This document shows, in pieces, positions 1-11,954 of a stretch of DNA of 64,000 bases (its first letter is position 1; every line of letters begins with the position of its first letter). The stretch is taken from positions 249,009 to 313,008 of the forward strand of contig NMRA01000405.1 in assembly GCA_002633005.1 (NCBI GenBank), read 5' to 3'. Under the pieces are notes generated by a model. It was not told the DNA's origin, searched no databases, and was given only the letters and a program-made list of their open reading frames with translations. Source of the DNA: Phoronis australis (Eukaryota > Animalia > Phoronida). The position numbers and the translations under genes were made by a program.

Positions 1-90
<90 letters not shown>
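1..90. repeat. (TA)n microsatellite
   Basis: Near-pure TA dinucleotide run at window start. Confidence 0.98.
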
Positions 91-91
<1 letters not shown>

Positions 92-92
92 A

Positions 93-607
93 AATTGGTT
101 AAACGCACGACACTTTTCATTGTTCACAGTTCCGTTACGTTCGTATCTTCGGAACAAAACTCAACTCTCAACTGAACATAGATAAAGTAACTGACTAAAC
201 GAACGTAAAATCACTTGTCAAGAAATTGTGGAAAACACGTGAATTCTCTACCTGGAGCACAATGGGCTGCGATTGAAAGTACTATAGTCCCTCTTGTTTG
301 CGTGACTTTCCTGTTACCCCCCCCCCCTTCATTAGTCATTCTTTGTAGTATTTCACACCCGCCGTGTTCCACTGTGTGTGTCATCAGCTTATGCTCTGTG
401 GTGGCATTACTGCGTCATTTTATCTCCACTTGAGAATGAAACAAGTATGTTTCGAAATATCGTGTGTCTTTTAATTATGTCGCTAGGTCAGTTACTGTAT
501 CTATGCTCAGTTGAGAGTAGAGTTTTGTTCCGAAGGTACGAACGAAGGTGCGAACGTAACGGAATAAAGACTGTGAACAATGAAAAGTATCGTGCGTTTA
601 ACCAATT
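93..607. mobile_element. Imperfect inverted repeat pair, probable Penelope-like pseudo-LTR remnant
   Basis: 93-~200 (AATTGGTTAAACGCACGACACTTTTCATTGTTCACAGT...) is an imperfect reverse complement of ~485-607. A hammerhead-like motif lies between them at 427-464. Confidence 0.6.
427..464 (+). ncRNA. Minimal type I hammerhead-ribozyme-like motif (variant core)
   Basis: CAC-TTGAGAA-T-GAAAC aagtat GTTTC-GAAA-TATC-GTG: 5-bp stem II, GAAA, palindromic ATAT stem III, 3-bp stem I, U3/A8 in place of C3/G8. Confidence 0.45.
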
Positions 608-1258
608 CTGTATAACCGAAAACTTGCTCCCGAAGTACAGCCATAAATGTATGAATATGTAAATATATAATTATATATACATAAACATATACATATACAT
701 AAATATATATATTACATGCCAAGCTTAAAATCAAATTCTCTCTAGTCTTTCCTTTCTCGACATCACTACTAAGATCAGTGGTGGGTGCTCATCCGTAAGA
801 AGATGGCACTTGACCCTGGTGATGTTCCCCTGGTAGGCATACTAATGATTACTTTATCATTAGCAACCACGGTCCAATTAGTTACATTTCCAACTGCTTT
901 GGACATAATGGCGTCCAGAAACTGTGCTAGTCCACTTCCTGTTCGGTCATTAGCGCTACTTCACTTCTTAACTATATTCAGAATAGATATTGATTAAGTA
1001 ATTAGTAAGAATAGATCCATTTTAAGTTGCCCAAAATTTGTGCATATGTACTTTTAAACCATGGGGTCAAACTTGTTGACATGTACTTTAACGTCAAAAT
1101 CTATTTTTAGATGGTGTTTTGGGGTCAAAGCACTAGAAATTCTAGAAATTTCTGAGAACAAATCTTAGCAGCCAATGATATGATTTGATATGATCATGTG
1201 GTTTTTATTATCCAGTCGGTAAATAAGTAGATACCTGTAATACCTGCCACGGACAGGA

Positions 1259-1930
1259 TCATTGGGGATATGCTGGTGCATTAATCCCCTCCCCAGACCA
1301 TCCCCGTGACAGCAGAAGGCGCAGAACTCCAGGGCTGATGTTGCCTGTAAGCATTTGATTAGACAGCACTCGGGCACGGCTCTTCTTGTGACTCTTCGCA
1401 GCATGGCCATAAATAATACCGGCTTCGAGCAGTCGGCTGCCATCATTGAACTCAGCCAGTTGGGATGCAGTCTGCTCGTGGTTGCGTTTGCGGGCCAGCA
1501 GCTTAACGTCAGCCGAATATAAGTAGAGGGGTTGGTTGGTGGTGCATGAGCCAGCGAGGTAATCTGCACGCTCATTAATCAAGACACCGGCGTGCCAAGG
1601 TACGAAAGACCAGATCACTACATGATGAGGGTGGTGTGATCGGAAGACACCCCAGTTGGCTGGGAGGTTTCCAGATTGAACTTTCATCAACACTGCCATG
1701 GAATCGGTGGCAAAGATAATGGTGTGATTCTCCAGGTCTAGGAGTGACAGCTTGGTTAGGGCACGTTGTACAACTGTATAGCCTCAAACTCCATCCGCGT
1801 ACTGCTTGTGTATACATGGTGGCAGCCACTACCTTCCGCAATGACGTTGTTAGCACAGCGTATTTGATAACCCCATCCCGCACGATTAGTTTCACCATCG
1901 AAGGATCCATCAGTTGCTACAATGATCGCG
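1259..1930 (-). mobile_element. Degenerate non-LTR retrotransposon (LINE) RNase H domain
   Basis: Across frameshifts/stops reads IIVATDGS..RAGWG..TSSTRMEFEAI..IIFATDSMAVL..WSFVPWHAGVLINERADYLA, i.e. the D-E-D-D RNase H motifs of I/Ingi-type LINEs. Confidence 0.8.
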
Positions 1931-2826
1931 CAAGATGCTCATTGGCTGCCAGTACAAGAACTTGGTGAGGAACCGAATGTCATCATTGATTTCAACAGGG
2001 AAGCTCGGGAATGGCCTCCTGGAGTAGCCCAAGCATTATGCCGTCAGCAATGGCGTGATCTTGGCGGTATTAATGCTAAATAAGTAGAATATTATAATAT
2101 GGGCTAAAATTAAGAAGCTATTCAGATGAGCTATAGTAGTTGAAGCATAAAGACTTGCTACAGCGTACAGAAGAAATTGTACAGCAGAGCCATCTCGTGG
2201 AAGATTCTAAAGAGGACCTTGGCAAGGGCAAGGGTTAACGAACAGGAAGTTAACTAAGAGCTTGTCATTTGCATCGTGGATGGTGCGATACTGCCTGAAG
2301 TGTTGCGTCACCAGAGACTGTGACCAGCAAGAAGAATCGTGGGTAGACGAAAGTGCCTGCAAGTGTTGCGTCACCAGGGACTGTGACCAGCAAGTACACT
2401 GTCGCAATACAGTGTGTGAAGTTTGAAGATTCACCAACAAGTGGAGAGTCCTACAGCTTGGATAGCATATAAGACATTTGATTACTTTGGTTGATTGATT
2501 GAAGTAATCTTTAAAGAGGGCGCTAGCATAATTACTCTTCTTTGTAGTTGATTACATTAATTAACAACAGGTTTCACTTGTATAATTTGTGGCTATCATG
2601 TAAAAAATAAAATTAATTACTGGATTTTATCATTCTCTCTCCATCTACACACAATCTCAAAGCATAACTGCCTTTTAAACAAACCGACAGTCAATTTTTT
2701 ACATATTTCTCAAACCCTGTTTTCCTTTTATTGATCTTCTTTTTGAATACTTTAATTTCTATTCATTTTTCAATTTTTCATTTGTTTATTTATATAAAGG
2801 ATACCTCCGTGATAGCGGTCGAAGGT

Positions 2827-2960
2827 CCCTGCCTGCTTGCCTGCCTGTCTGCCTGCCTGCTTGCCTGCCTGCCTCCCTCCCTCTCTCTCTCAAACCCTGC
2901 CTTCACCCCTCTCTCTCTAATCCTCACTCCCCCTCCCTCCTCTCCACCTCCCCTCCCCTG
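2827..2960. repeat. (GCCT)n / CT-rich simple repeat
   Basis: Degenerate GCCT tetranucleotide run followed by a pyrimidine tract. Confidence 0.9.
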
Positions 2961-3038
2961 CCACTTTCCCTATTCCTTCCCCCGTAAACACACCATTCTG
3001 CGGCACACAATAGTGTGACCCAAGGACAAACCTCTTAA

Positions 3039-4362
3039 AGGCGAAGGCAACCTTTTTCCATGTCATTTTGAGCTAAAATAAGGTTGGTTGGTTATCCTAG
3101 ACATATTTTTCACTTAATTACAGCTTTTCGTAATTTTATTAATTATTCGTCCGCTTTTCCGGAAGTGACGTTTTAGGAGGCAAGCGCTTCCCGCCAATTT
3201 CTTTTCACATAGTCTGACTGTGAGAGCTGCCGAGTCAGTCATTGTTCTACCTCGGTTGTGTTAAGTTCCGTCGTCGTTCGCTTTCATTTACTAGTCAGTC
3301 AACATGCCACACTGTTGCTGCGTANNNNNNNNNNNNNNNNNNNNNNNNNNNNNNNNNNNNNNNNNNNNNNNNNNNNNNNNNNNNNNNNNNNNNNNNNNNN
3401 NNNNNNNNNNNNNNNNNNNNNNNNNNNNNNNNNNNNNNNNNNNNNNNNNNNNNNNNNNNNNNNNNNNNNNNNNNNNNNNNNNNNNNNNNNNNNNNNNNNN
3501 NNNNNNNNNNNNNNNNNNNNNNNNNNNNNNNNNNNNNNNNNNNNNNNNNNNNNNNNNNNNNNNNNNNNNNNNNNNNNNNNNNNNNNNNNNNNNNNNNNNN
3601 NNNNNNNNNNNNNNNNNNNNNNNNNNNNNNNNNNNNNNNNNNNNNNNNNNNNNNNNNNNNNNNNNNNNNNNNNNNNNNNNNNNNNNNNNNNNNNNNNNNN
3701 NNNNNNNNNNNNNNNNNNNNNNNNNNNNNNNNNNNNNNNNNNNNNNNNNNNNNNNNNNNNNNNNNNNNNNNNNNNNNNNNNNNNNNNNNNNNNNNNNNNN
3801 NNNNNNNNNNNNNNNNNNNNNNNNNNNNNNNNNNNNNNNNNNNNNNNNNNNNNNNNNNNNNNNNNNNNNNNNNNNNNNNNNNNNNNNNNNNNNNNNNNNN
3901 NNNNNNNNNNNNNNNNNNNNNNNNNNNNNNNNNNNNNNNNNNNNNNNNNNNNNNNNNNCACTGCTGTGAACAAGGTCTCCGTCACTCACACTACTGTCAC
4001 TGTGATACGGGTCACCGACTCCAGCCATTTTCAGCTTACAACACACTAAACAATCCCTAAATCCAACGCAGTTGAGTTCTCTACTAACCTATCTTGCCGC
4101 AGAATACTCGCCGATGGAAAGTGGTGGCGACAATTGGTGAAAAATAGCACAAAACAAAAGTAGAATAGAACAGATTCGCACAGTAAGCTCAACGCAAAAC
4201 CAAGTGGCGGGAAGCGCTTGCCTCCTAAAACGTCACTTCCGGAAAAGCGGACGAATAATTAATAAAATTACGAAAAGCTGTAATTAAGTGAAAAATATGT
4301 CTAGGATAACCAACCAACCTTATTTTAGCTCAAAATGACATGGAAAAAGGTTGCCTTCGCCT
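3039..4362. mobile_element. Kolobok-type DNA transposon spanning the assembly gap
   Basis: 158-bp TIRs (3039-3196 / 4205-4362) that match by eye without mismatch, AG..CT termini, TTAA TSD at 3035-3038 and 4363-4366. THAP-like start MPHCCCV at 3304 runs into the gap. Confidence 0.85.
3325..3958. other. Assembly gap (N run)
   Basis: 634 consecutive N. Confidence 1.
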
Positions 4363-4366
4363 TTAA

Positions 4367-4460
4367 AGAAAATACCAGCAGGGTGTCACATCCGTTGTGA
4401 AGATGATAACTGTACCGAGGAGTATATCGGGGAAACTCAACAACCGTGAATTGTGAATTA
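4367..4460 (+). mobile_element. Penelope-like GIY-YIG endonuclease remnant (joins 2990-3038 across the Kolobok insertion)
   Basis: Removing the insertion gives HTILRHTIV*PKDKPLKENTSRV, then after a frameshift HIRCEDDNCTEEYIGETQQP, matching the PKD..VY.I.C..C...YIGET signature. Confidence 0.75.
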
Positions 4461-5000
4461 AACAATGGCAACTGAATGAGCTTTATCAAAACCGTCCATT
4501 TGTTATGTTTTGGAACAATTTCCCTTATCATAGAACAAAAAATGGACCTTTCTGCTAAAAAAATTCCCAATCCCACAACAACGCTCGATGCTGCCTAGCT
4601 TGCAGGGTTGCTAGATGTACATAGATGTCACTCGTGGGCCGTGCAGTGGCTAATGTATCGTCGCTCTGAGTGAGTCTTGCACGAGCCGGCTCACCAACAT
4701 CTACAAAACAACATCTCGGGAAGCAGAATAAGTTATGAAAAGCACATATGGTCGCTTGGCATTGCATTTGATGCCAGGTATTACAAGAAAATGTAAAGCT
4801 TTTTTCGTCTCAAAATACCGTATCTGGTAACATGTGGAGATAATCTGTGGTCGGATCTAATGCGCAGGTGTTGGCGTACGGCTAAATAACCCGAGGGCGT
4901 CAAAGACGAGTGAAACGAAACCTATTGTCAACAGTGAGTGTGTAATAGCTGCTCACGTCTTACCCGCCAATACAACATCTGGGTCTTGACGTCGGATTTC

Positions 5001-6437
5001 ATGATGTGCATTCAAAGTTTATGCTCCCTGTGTTTTTGGATATTTGCCGTTTACTGTCGTTGCATCAACGGGCAGAAGCAAGACATAAGGAACTTGTCCA
5101 GGGATAAAAGTGATTTTTGGAAACTGAACAACAATCCAGAACAAATACATCTGGCTTTGGGAAATGAAGTATCGGAGATGATCGTTGTTTGGGCTAGTCC
5201 CGATCCGCTTCAGGAGGGAGATGTTCCCTCGGTTATCTATGGAGTGGATTCCTGGAAACTAGACAACAGGAGGAATGGGACGAGTCTCGACTTTGAAGTA
5301 CCGGCACAATTTTTCAGTGGAAAATGGGTCCACGCTAACGTGCATAGTGCACATGGATATCACAGAGTGGTACTAACAGCCTTGATGCCTAATACACGGT
5401 ACTGGTATAAAGTAATATCTGGCAATGAAGAGAGTAATCTGTATTCGTTTAAGACATTAAAAGAAGGACACACCTGGCCAGCTAGATTTATAGTGTATGG
5501 CGACATGGGACGAAAGGCGGGCGCAATCAGTTTGGGTCGATTACGTGCAGAAGCTCAAAGAAGAGATAAGGCAGTCGACGCTTTTATTCACGTTGGCGAC
5601 TTTGCGTATAATTTTCAAGATAGTCAAGGAAAGGTGGGTGATTCATTCATGAAAAGAATTGAGAGCATTGCAAGTCATGTACCCTACATGACTTGCCCTG
5701 GAAATCATGAAATTTTTGGCGATTTTGCTCACTATCGCTATCGATTTTCCATGCCATCATCTGATTGGCCAATTCCTTTGAATAAAATGTGGTACAGCTT
5801 TAATGTCGGTCTTGCTCATTTTATCAGTTATTCCACCGAAGTTTATTTCACACATAAAGGAGCTTACATAAGCGACCAATTGAAATGGCTAGAAGAAGAT
5901 TTAAAGTATGCTAACGTGCCAACTAATCGGACTGCACAGCCATGGATTATTGCTTTTGGTCACCGCCCCATGTACTGTTCAAATGCTGACCGTGACGACT
6001 GCACAAAGAAACTCTCAAAAGTTCGAGCTGGACTTGAAACTCTCATGTACAAGTATGGAGTGGACGTCTTAATACAAGGTCATGAACATTCGTATGAGAG
6101 ACTGTACCCTGTGTACAATGAAACTGTCACGAATTGTGACTATGTGAACCCCAAGGCACCAGTTCATCTCATCAGCGGTGCGGCTGGTTGCAATGAGAAA
6201 GGTGGTCTTTGTTTCGACGTCATGTTACATGCAGCCAGACCTTGGTCGGCCTTCCGGTCATGGCTACCTGGTCTTAATGGCTATGGTCGACTGACGGTTC
6301 ACAACTCAACACACCTGTACTGGGAGCAGGTGATTGCATACACCGGCCAGGTGATGGACAGCTTGTGGTTAGTCCAAGAAAATCATGCGCCATTTAGCAC
6401 TCCATTTGTAGCTGATCAAAGCAAGTGCAGTGTATAA
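5001..6437 (+). CDS. ACP7: Purple acid phosphatase, acid phosphatase type 7-like (intronless, secreted)
   Basis: Open 478-codon frame from ATG 5001 with a hydrophobic N-terminus, PEQIHLA N-terminal domain, all five metal-binding motifs (GDMG, GDFAY, GNHE, GHRP, GHEH) and C-terminal APVHLISGAAGC..YGRLTVHNSTHLYWEQV. Confidence 0.95.
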   Translation: MMCIQSLCSLCFWIFAVYCRCINGQKQDIRNLSRDKSDFWKLNNNPEQIHLALGNEVSEMIVVWASPDPLQEGDVPSVIYGVDSWKLDNRRNGTSLDFEVPAQFFSGKWVHANVHSAHGYHRVVLTALMPNTRYWYKVISGNEESNLYSFKTLKEGHTWPARFIVYGDMGRKAGAISLGRLRAEAQRRDKAVDAFIHVGDFAYNFQDSQGKVGDSFMKRIESIASHVPYMTCPGNHEIFGDFAHYRYRFSMPSSDWPIPLNKMWYSFNVGLAHFISYSTEVYFTHKGAYISDQLKWLEEDLKYANVPTNRTAQPWIIAFGHRPMYCSNADRDDCTKKLSKVRAGLETLMYKYGVDVLIQGHEHSYERLYPVYNETVTNCDYVNPKAPVHLISGAAGCNEKGGLCFDVMLHAARPWSAFRSWLPGLNGYGRLTVHNSTHLYWEQVIAYTGQVMDSLWLVQENHAPFSTPFVADQSKCSV

Positions 6438-7129
6438 GCTGTGCGAGTTTTCATGTGTCAAAATCATTAAGCTATCGGGAGGAAAGTGTGAAGGAGGGTG
6501 GGAGAGAAGCTGGGAAAGGGTTACAGCAGTCTGGCTAATAAGACATTTGTTTTACAGATCGACAATATAAAGGCAGTAGCGGTACTAAAACGGTAATATT
6601 ACAGGGTCAAGGTTTTTATCTTCAAGGTAAAGCTACTACGATCCTACCACCAGACATCTTTTGTCTTAGAACACTTTTAAAGTCCTTTTGAAGTTGAAAT
6701 CAAGTTGTTCCATACTCAGGTGAAAGTCATTTCTGCATTTGGAAATAACTGACAATTTTAATTGAAATTTTAATTAAAATTATTCGAGAACATGCTCCAT
6801 GTGTGTCGCTGAGCCAACCATGCAACAACGAACTGTCAGTTCACCGCAATCCCAGTGACGTAATTTTCCAATTCCGGTTGTTATGTACAGTCGTACAACG
6901 CCTCCAAAAATTGCTTGCCAAGCGACAATTGCCTTTTTGCCGAACAGTTTAGACGGTCGACTCTTGATTGATCTGAGTAAGAAAAAAAGTTTCATTGCAG
7001 TTATAATTTCTGGCGCCACAAGGTTCGTTTCATCAACAACGAATCAGTAACAAGAAGTTCAACTGCACATAACATTTGATAAAACTTATTTTTGGTTTGA
7101 CAGAAAGTTGGCACTCTATCCCTACATCC

Positions 7130-7196
7130 CTGCCTCTTCCCCTCCCTCCTGCGTTTCCTGTCCCTCTCTCCCTCTCTCTCCCTCTCTCTCCCTCTC
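7130..7196. repeat. (CT)n-rich simple repeat
   Basis: Degenerate CT/CCT run. Confidence 0.85.
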
Positions 7197-8105
7197 ATAA
7201 AATAGGGTTGAGAAAAAGAAAGGGCTTAACAATGGAATAACTAAGTCAAGTTATCATACGACGTGTGCGCGCTTGAGAAAGAGTCTACACGTGTCGCATT
7301 GATTGAAGCGGGTGGCCATGTGCATATTAGTTGGCTTCTGAAATCAGCACATATGCTGCCTCAGGCTAAAACTGTTATCTTAATAATATGATGCCTGTGG
7401 AAAGTTACCGAGACTATCCCGGGGTATATCAGGTGTTTTCATCCTGATTTAACAATTAGTTTGAATTTTATTTTGGTTCAAATCTTTATCAAGAATTAGC
7501 TTAGCTTCTGGTTTTCACTTTGAATGGATTTTTTTACTTGGGTTTAGTTTTTAGGTTATGACCCGACCTGTCGTCGTGCTGCAAACTGCTGTCAAAGTCT
7601 AAAGGTCCATAGTATGCATTGTGATCAAATGTGACTCTAGACAGGTAACCTGTCCGTAAACAAGTATTCCATATCACGAGACTTGCTGCCCAAGCCAGTA
7701 CGCAATATAAACTAGGTGCACAGGTTCACAAGGGAATAATTAGTCATCTTGGGTTTTTTCAGGCTGCCCGAAATGAGACATCCAGTTTACTTTTAATTAT
7801 TATAACCTTATAACCTTTAGGTAAAATCTTACTTGCAAGTCAAGAACATTCTTACGTTCGACAATATGGGTGTCGTTGCCTCTGTAACGGGGCTCTTTTC
7901 AAATAAATCAAGTGTAGACCGTTTGGAGGTTTATTGCCGTTTATTGCACCAATAGTTGCATAGTCCAATCAATTGGACTGGTTGTGACACACGGACTAAC
8001 CAGCTGGATCCTAGCTTGTGAACCCTATTCTGGCAATACTAATTTAAAACAAACTACACCCCAGTTCACAGAACAAATCAAAGACAACGACCCGAAATGT
8101 AGCAA

Positions 8106-8596
8106 GTGACTGGGCGGACCAATGACACAGACATTGCATTCATAACACCTTTGACTCCCAGGAACATGCAAGCACAAAGAAAATTTGGAAAGGGTGACAT
8201 CATTCGACGGATTCCCATAAATGACATTGTGTCCACTTCAGTAGCAGACAAAATCCACTTCACGCTTTTCTTCCATGGCTTCACCGGGTGTGAGGTTGTG
8301 TCAAACTTCAGGGACAAGACGACGGCTAGCGCATGGCAGACATGGAATGAAACTTCAGCCGCATTTGCAATACTCAGTCACCGTCCACGTAATATTTTAA
8401 AAGCCTGTCCTATGCGTTCACGAAAAATGTGTGTTTCTCATCTGTGATCAAGTTCAGCATCTTCTCATAATGTAGAATAGAAGCAATGCATGAACTCTTT
8501 GCACAGAAACAGAGGTCATACGACTTGATCCCACCAACACAAAAGCCTCGAAAGGACCATACCAAACGAACATACTGTTTAGCAGGTCATATGTAG
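8106..8596 (+). mobile_element. Degenerate XPG/PIN-like nuclease fragment of an Academ-type DNA transposon
   Basis: RTNDTDIAFI..LFFHGFTGCEVVSNF..SAWQTW, then RIEAMHELFAQKQRSYDLIPPTQ..HTKRTYCLAGHM*, resembling the DTDV..FHAFTGCD..IPPT..H.KRA.YQAG motifs. Frameshifted. Confidence 0.7.
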
Positions 8597-8989
8597 GGAC
8601 AATGCCACGTTCGGTAACCAGGGCCCAAGGTCTATTTTTTGTACTCGAAAACGTACTCGGAATTATTTTAGTCATTTTCATTCTATTTTTGAGCAAATTG
8701 ATTGAGACTTCCATAATTGTGATTTTGTTTTGAGAATTGTCATGAGTAAACTTTACAGTGGGGTGAAATTCTTTGGGGCATGGGTCCAGATCATAAAAAT
8801 ATCATCTATTAAATCAGGGTTGAAGAAAGTTGATATCAGATTTCTCAAAAAAATGTGGGGGCCGCAAAGAGCTCGAGTACCCATAGCAGTGCCTCATAAT
8901 ACTTTTGAAGATAGTGAAAAATGTTAAGAAGGTGAAGTGATTCATAATTAAGACGTGTTCTAGAAAAGTGCGAATGAACAAAACCGATT

Positions 8990-9112
8990 CAGAGTTTATT
9001 GTAGTTGGCCAAACCTGAAATGACAATTCGAAATTAGCGTTGGCATTGCCTGCAATTGGCGCTGGTAACGGAAATAGAATTCTATCACGGTAAGGAATAT
9101 TATGATACCAAG
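8990..9112 (+). repeat. Dispersed repeat family (core GTAACGGAAATAGAAT..TCACGGTAAGGAATATT)
   Basis: Related copies at ~13470-13600, ~25900-26060, ~26770-26820 (reverse), ~27000-27040 and ~47785-47920. Confidence 0.75.
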
Positions 9113-9804
9113 ATTAATAGGTTATAAATTCATTTTTTTACTGTTAGCCAGCTAGAAAGAGCGAAATGCAGGCTTTATCTGGTTGATATTTGAGCGATTA
9201 AATTATAATTGCTTGTGTACCTTATTAGTGTGTGGACCACTGGAATGGCCAGAAATTTCAAGAATTACCGGCTAAAAACCGTTGAAAGCATTAAGACTGC
9301 ACCTCGCCTCGTTTAGCTGGCAAGACCGAAAATCGAGTTAGGGGCATTACACTAAAAATTCCTCACCGTAATAGATTTCTATTTGTGGTGAAATTTTCAT
9401 TGATCCTACCAATACGTGCTTTGCTTTTTTATCGGGCATACTTTCTAAAAGGGTTCGGTTGCATCATACTCTCTCTCCAAATGGGTTGGTATCCTGGCCA
9501 ACTTATGATGGAGCTAGGAACCTAGGCTGGAGTAAGCCACTTCCCCGGGACACAATTTCATGCACTGTGCAACGGCTAACTGCCGGCAGAATTGGAACGA
9601 ATTTGCATGTTAATGAACGTCGACCCTTTGTCTGATGAACTCACGATAACAGCTGCTGTAGCTAGTTTGTATTGTTTCTGAATTCGGTCACCTAATTAGC
9701 TATCATGTAACATTGGTTTACCGTGGGTGCTTTAAAAGTCAACTGTTTATTCCATCGATTCATTTCACCCCCATTTTGCTAAGTGCAAATTTAGGTCTAC
9801 CAAG

Positions 9805-10170
9805 GTTCTACGACAATGATGGCGATTACGATGTTTACGTTTTCAGCGTCATCTTTGGTGTCGATGACGTCATCATCCTTGGCTTCATCAGCGTCATAGG
9901 CGTCTTTTGCATTGGTGATTGGGAAATAAATGTCATTGGCGGCGTTGTCGTTCTTAGCGGATGACGGTGGTTTCATGTCATCGACGTCGTCAATATTTGT
10001 GACTTCGTAATCATTGCTGTTGCATAGGTGTTGTCATCACTGTCGGAGGCGTCATCGTCGCGTTCGTCGATGCTATTATCGGTGCTTGTGACGTCATTGT
10101 AGGTGTTAAAGACAGTCAAAGCACCCATGTCGTAGTCTTCTAGATCGTGATTGCATCGTCGTTGGTGTTG
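9805..10170. repeat. Decayed (GTC/ATC)n trinucleotide low-complexity region
   Basis: Many GTC/ATC/GGC triplets with stops in several frames. Confidence 0.7.
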
Positions 10171-10749
10171 TGAGTATTGTATAGTCTATGGTGTCTCTAC
10201 CTTCGCCTTTACACTCTATCCTTGGATCGATTTCGCCGTTGTCTTTCTGTATGAGGACTTTCTTTAGAAATTTCTTTTTGACATGTGTCTTTGCATAGCC
10301 TTTGTGTGTATTTAGTTGTTAATTACAAATTAACGATGAAGTAGTTTTTGACGATCCAGTATTGGAAAATCCCGCGGCTTATCGCACTGGGATGGGTCGT
10401 TAAAATATATTTTCCATGAAAAATATACGTTTCACGCCTAATGTGCGGTGGCACTTGACGAATTTCAATCGGCTTTAAAATAACATGCAGCACCCGTTTG
10501 CCAGCCGATGGTTGTTATTGCCGCAAGCGTAGTCCGTAACTCGGAATCCGGCATTGTCCCATTTTGTTATGACATTCGTGTGTAGGTACAGGGAAAAATG
10601 CGGTTGAGCTGTGTATGAGGTGGTTCATAGGAACAGAACAAGAGATGAGTCTCGACGAGTGTATTGAAGACTGCAAATGTTACATGAGGAGAGCAACTCT
10701 CAATGTGGAGAAAAAACTACTAACCAACTCATGCTGAATACAAGTGAAA

Positions 10750-10858
<109 letters not shown>

Positions 10859-11954
10859 TAGGGAAACACGAATTAACCAATCAAATAAGACAAACAAATA
10901 AAGATGCACTATGCTGACAAACAAACAGTTCTAGGAATGGGAAGTATTACTCATCTTTTGTTCCAATAAAGTGGTAGTAAACAACAACAGTAAGTGATGT
11001 AATGCGATGACTAAACTAAATGATGCAAAAACACAATAACACATTCTGCGACAATTCGCATAATAATAAACTTGAAATTCATACTCGCTGTGCCGATTCT
11101 TCACTAAAACACTTTTAGCCTACAGTTTGCATCACAGGATCAAAAAATTGTAGATGTGGTAGTTTTCTTTTGGGGTTCACAGTCGTAGAGAAGTAGGCCC
11201 CACTAAATACGTTATGAAGTTATGGGACCTCTGGAGCCGGTTGTGCCTCCAGGAAAGTGGACGCGCCACTATTTTCCCACCAAGACATGACGGTAAAGTA
11301 AAGCCGACTTAGGTGCAACACAGTAATACCGCCTACCCGCTATCACGGGTCACTCTATTTTGATGAGGTTGTACATGCCGCTGACTGGCCGAGCAATCAT
11401 AATTATCACTCTGTAGCATAAGAAACGGAGGTAGCCGTTATGTAGATGCACTGTTTATAGCACGTGATGTCGACCAGCACATCGATAACATCGCGGTTAA
11501 AATCAATCCACAATTTTTTACCAAGACTCCCAAAACCTCATGAAATTATATGTTTCTATTGAGCGTGAGTGCAACTGACGTGAATTTTGTTACAAATACA
11601 ACTACTGTGGAGTCCTCTAGTGGCAATTTTCTTTGCACTTGCCTTGATATCTATCAATTTCATAATAAAATTTGGACATTATAGTTACCATCATGTAAAC
11701 GAAAGCACCTGTCTCATTTCACGCGGATTTGACTTACGTTGATCCCCCTAGTGACCCCAGTTTTGAGGCCCGAAATTCAATTTCTTACCTTTGTAAGTCA
11801 TTTTAAATACTAAGCTGTTTAATCTTTGTTATAAATTTTTTTGAAGTAGATTTTTCATCTGATCGGAATGATAATGTCACCGCCAAACCGCACAAAGTAC
11901 ACCTGTGGGCTTCCCACCGACAAAACCAAGTGTGGTACCATCACTAGACAGACA

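Noticed and set aside
2039-2689. Possible solo LTR (internal ~63-bp-spaced direct repeat, AATAAA, ends ..CCGACA)
   Set aside because: No matching TG start with an inverted end or TSD could be identified.
3242-4060. Five long ORFs in the track
   Set aside because: They are artefacts of translating through the N gap.
4938-5000. GTG-initiated N-terminal extension of ACP7 in the ORF track
   Set aside because: Eukaryotic gene; ATG at 5001 directly precedes the signal-peptide-like segment.
9713-10170. Hydrophobic V/I/D-rich ORF as a membrane protein
   Set aside because: It is a decayed trinucleotide repeat with no domain signal.
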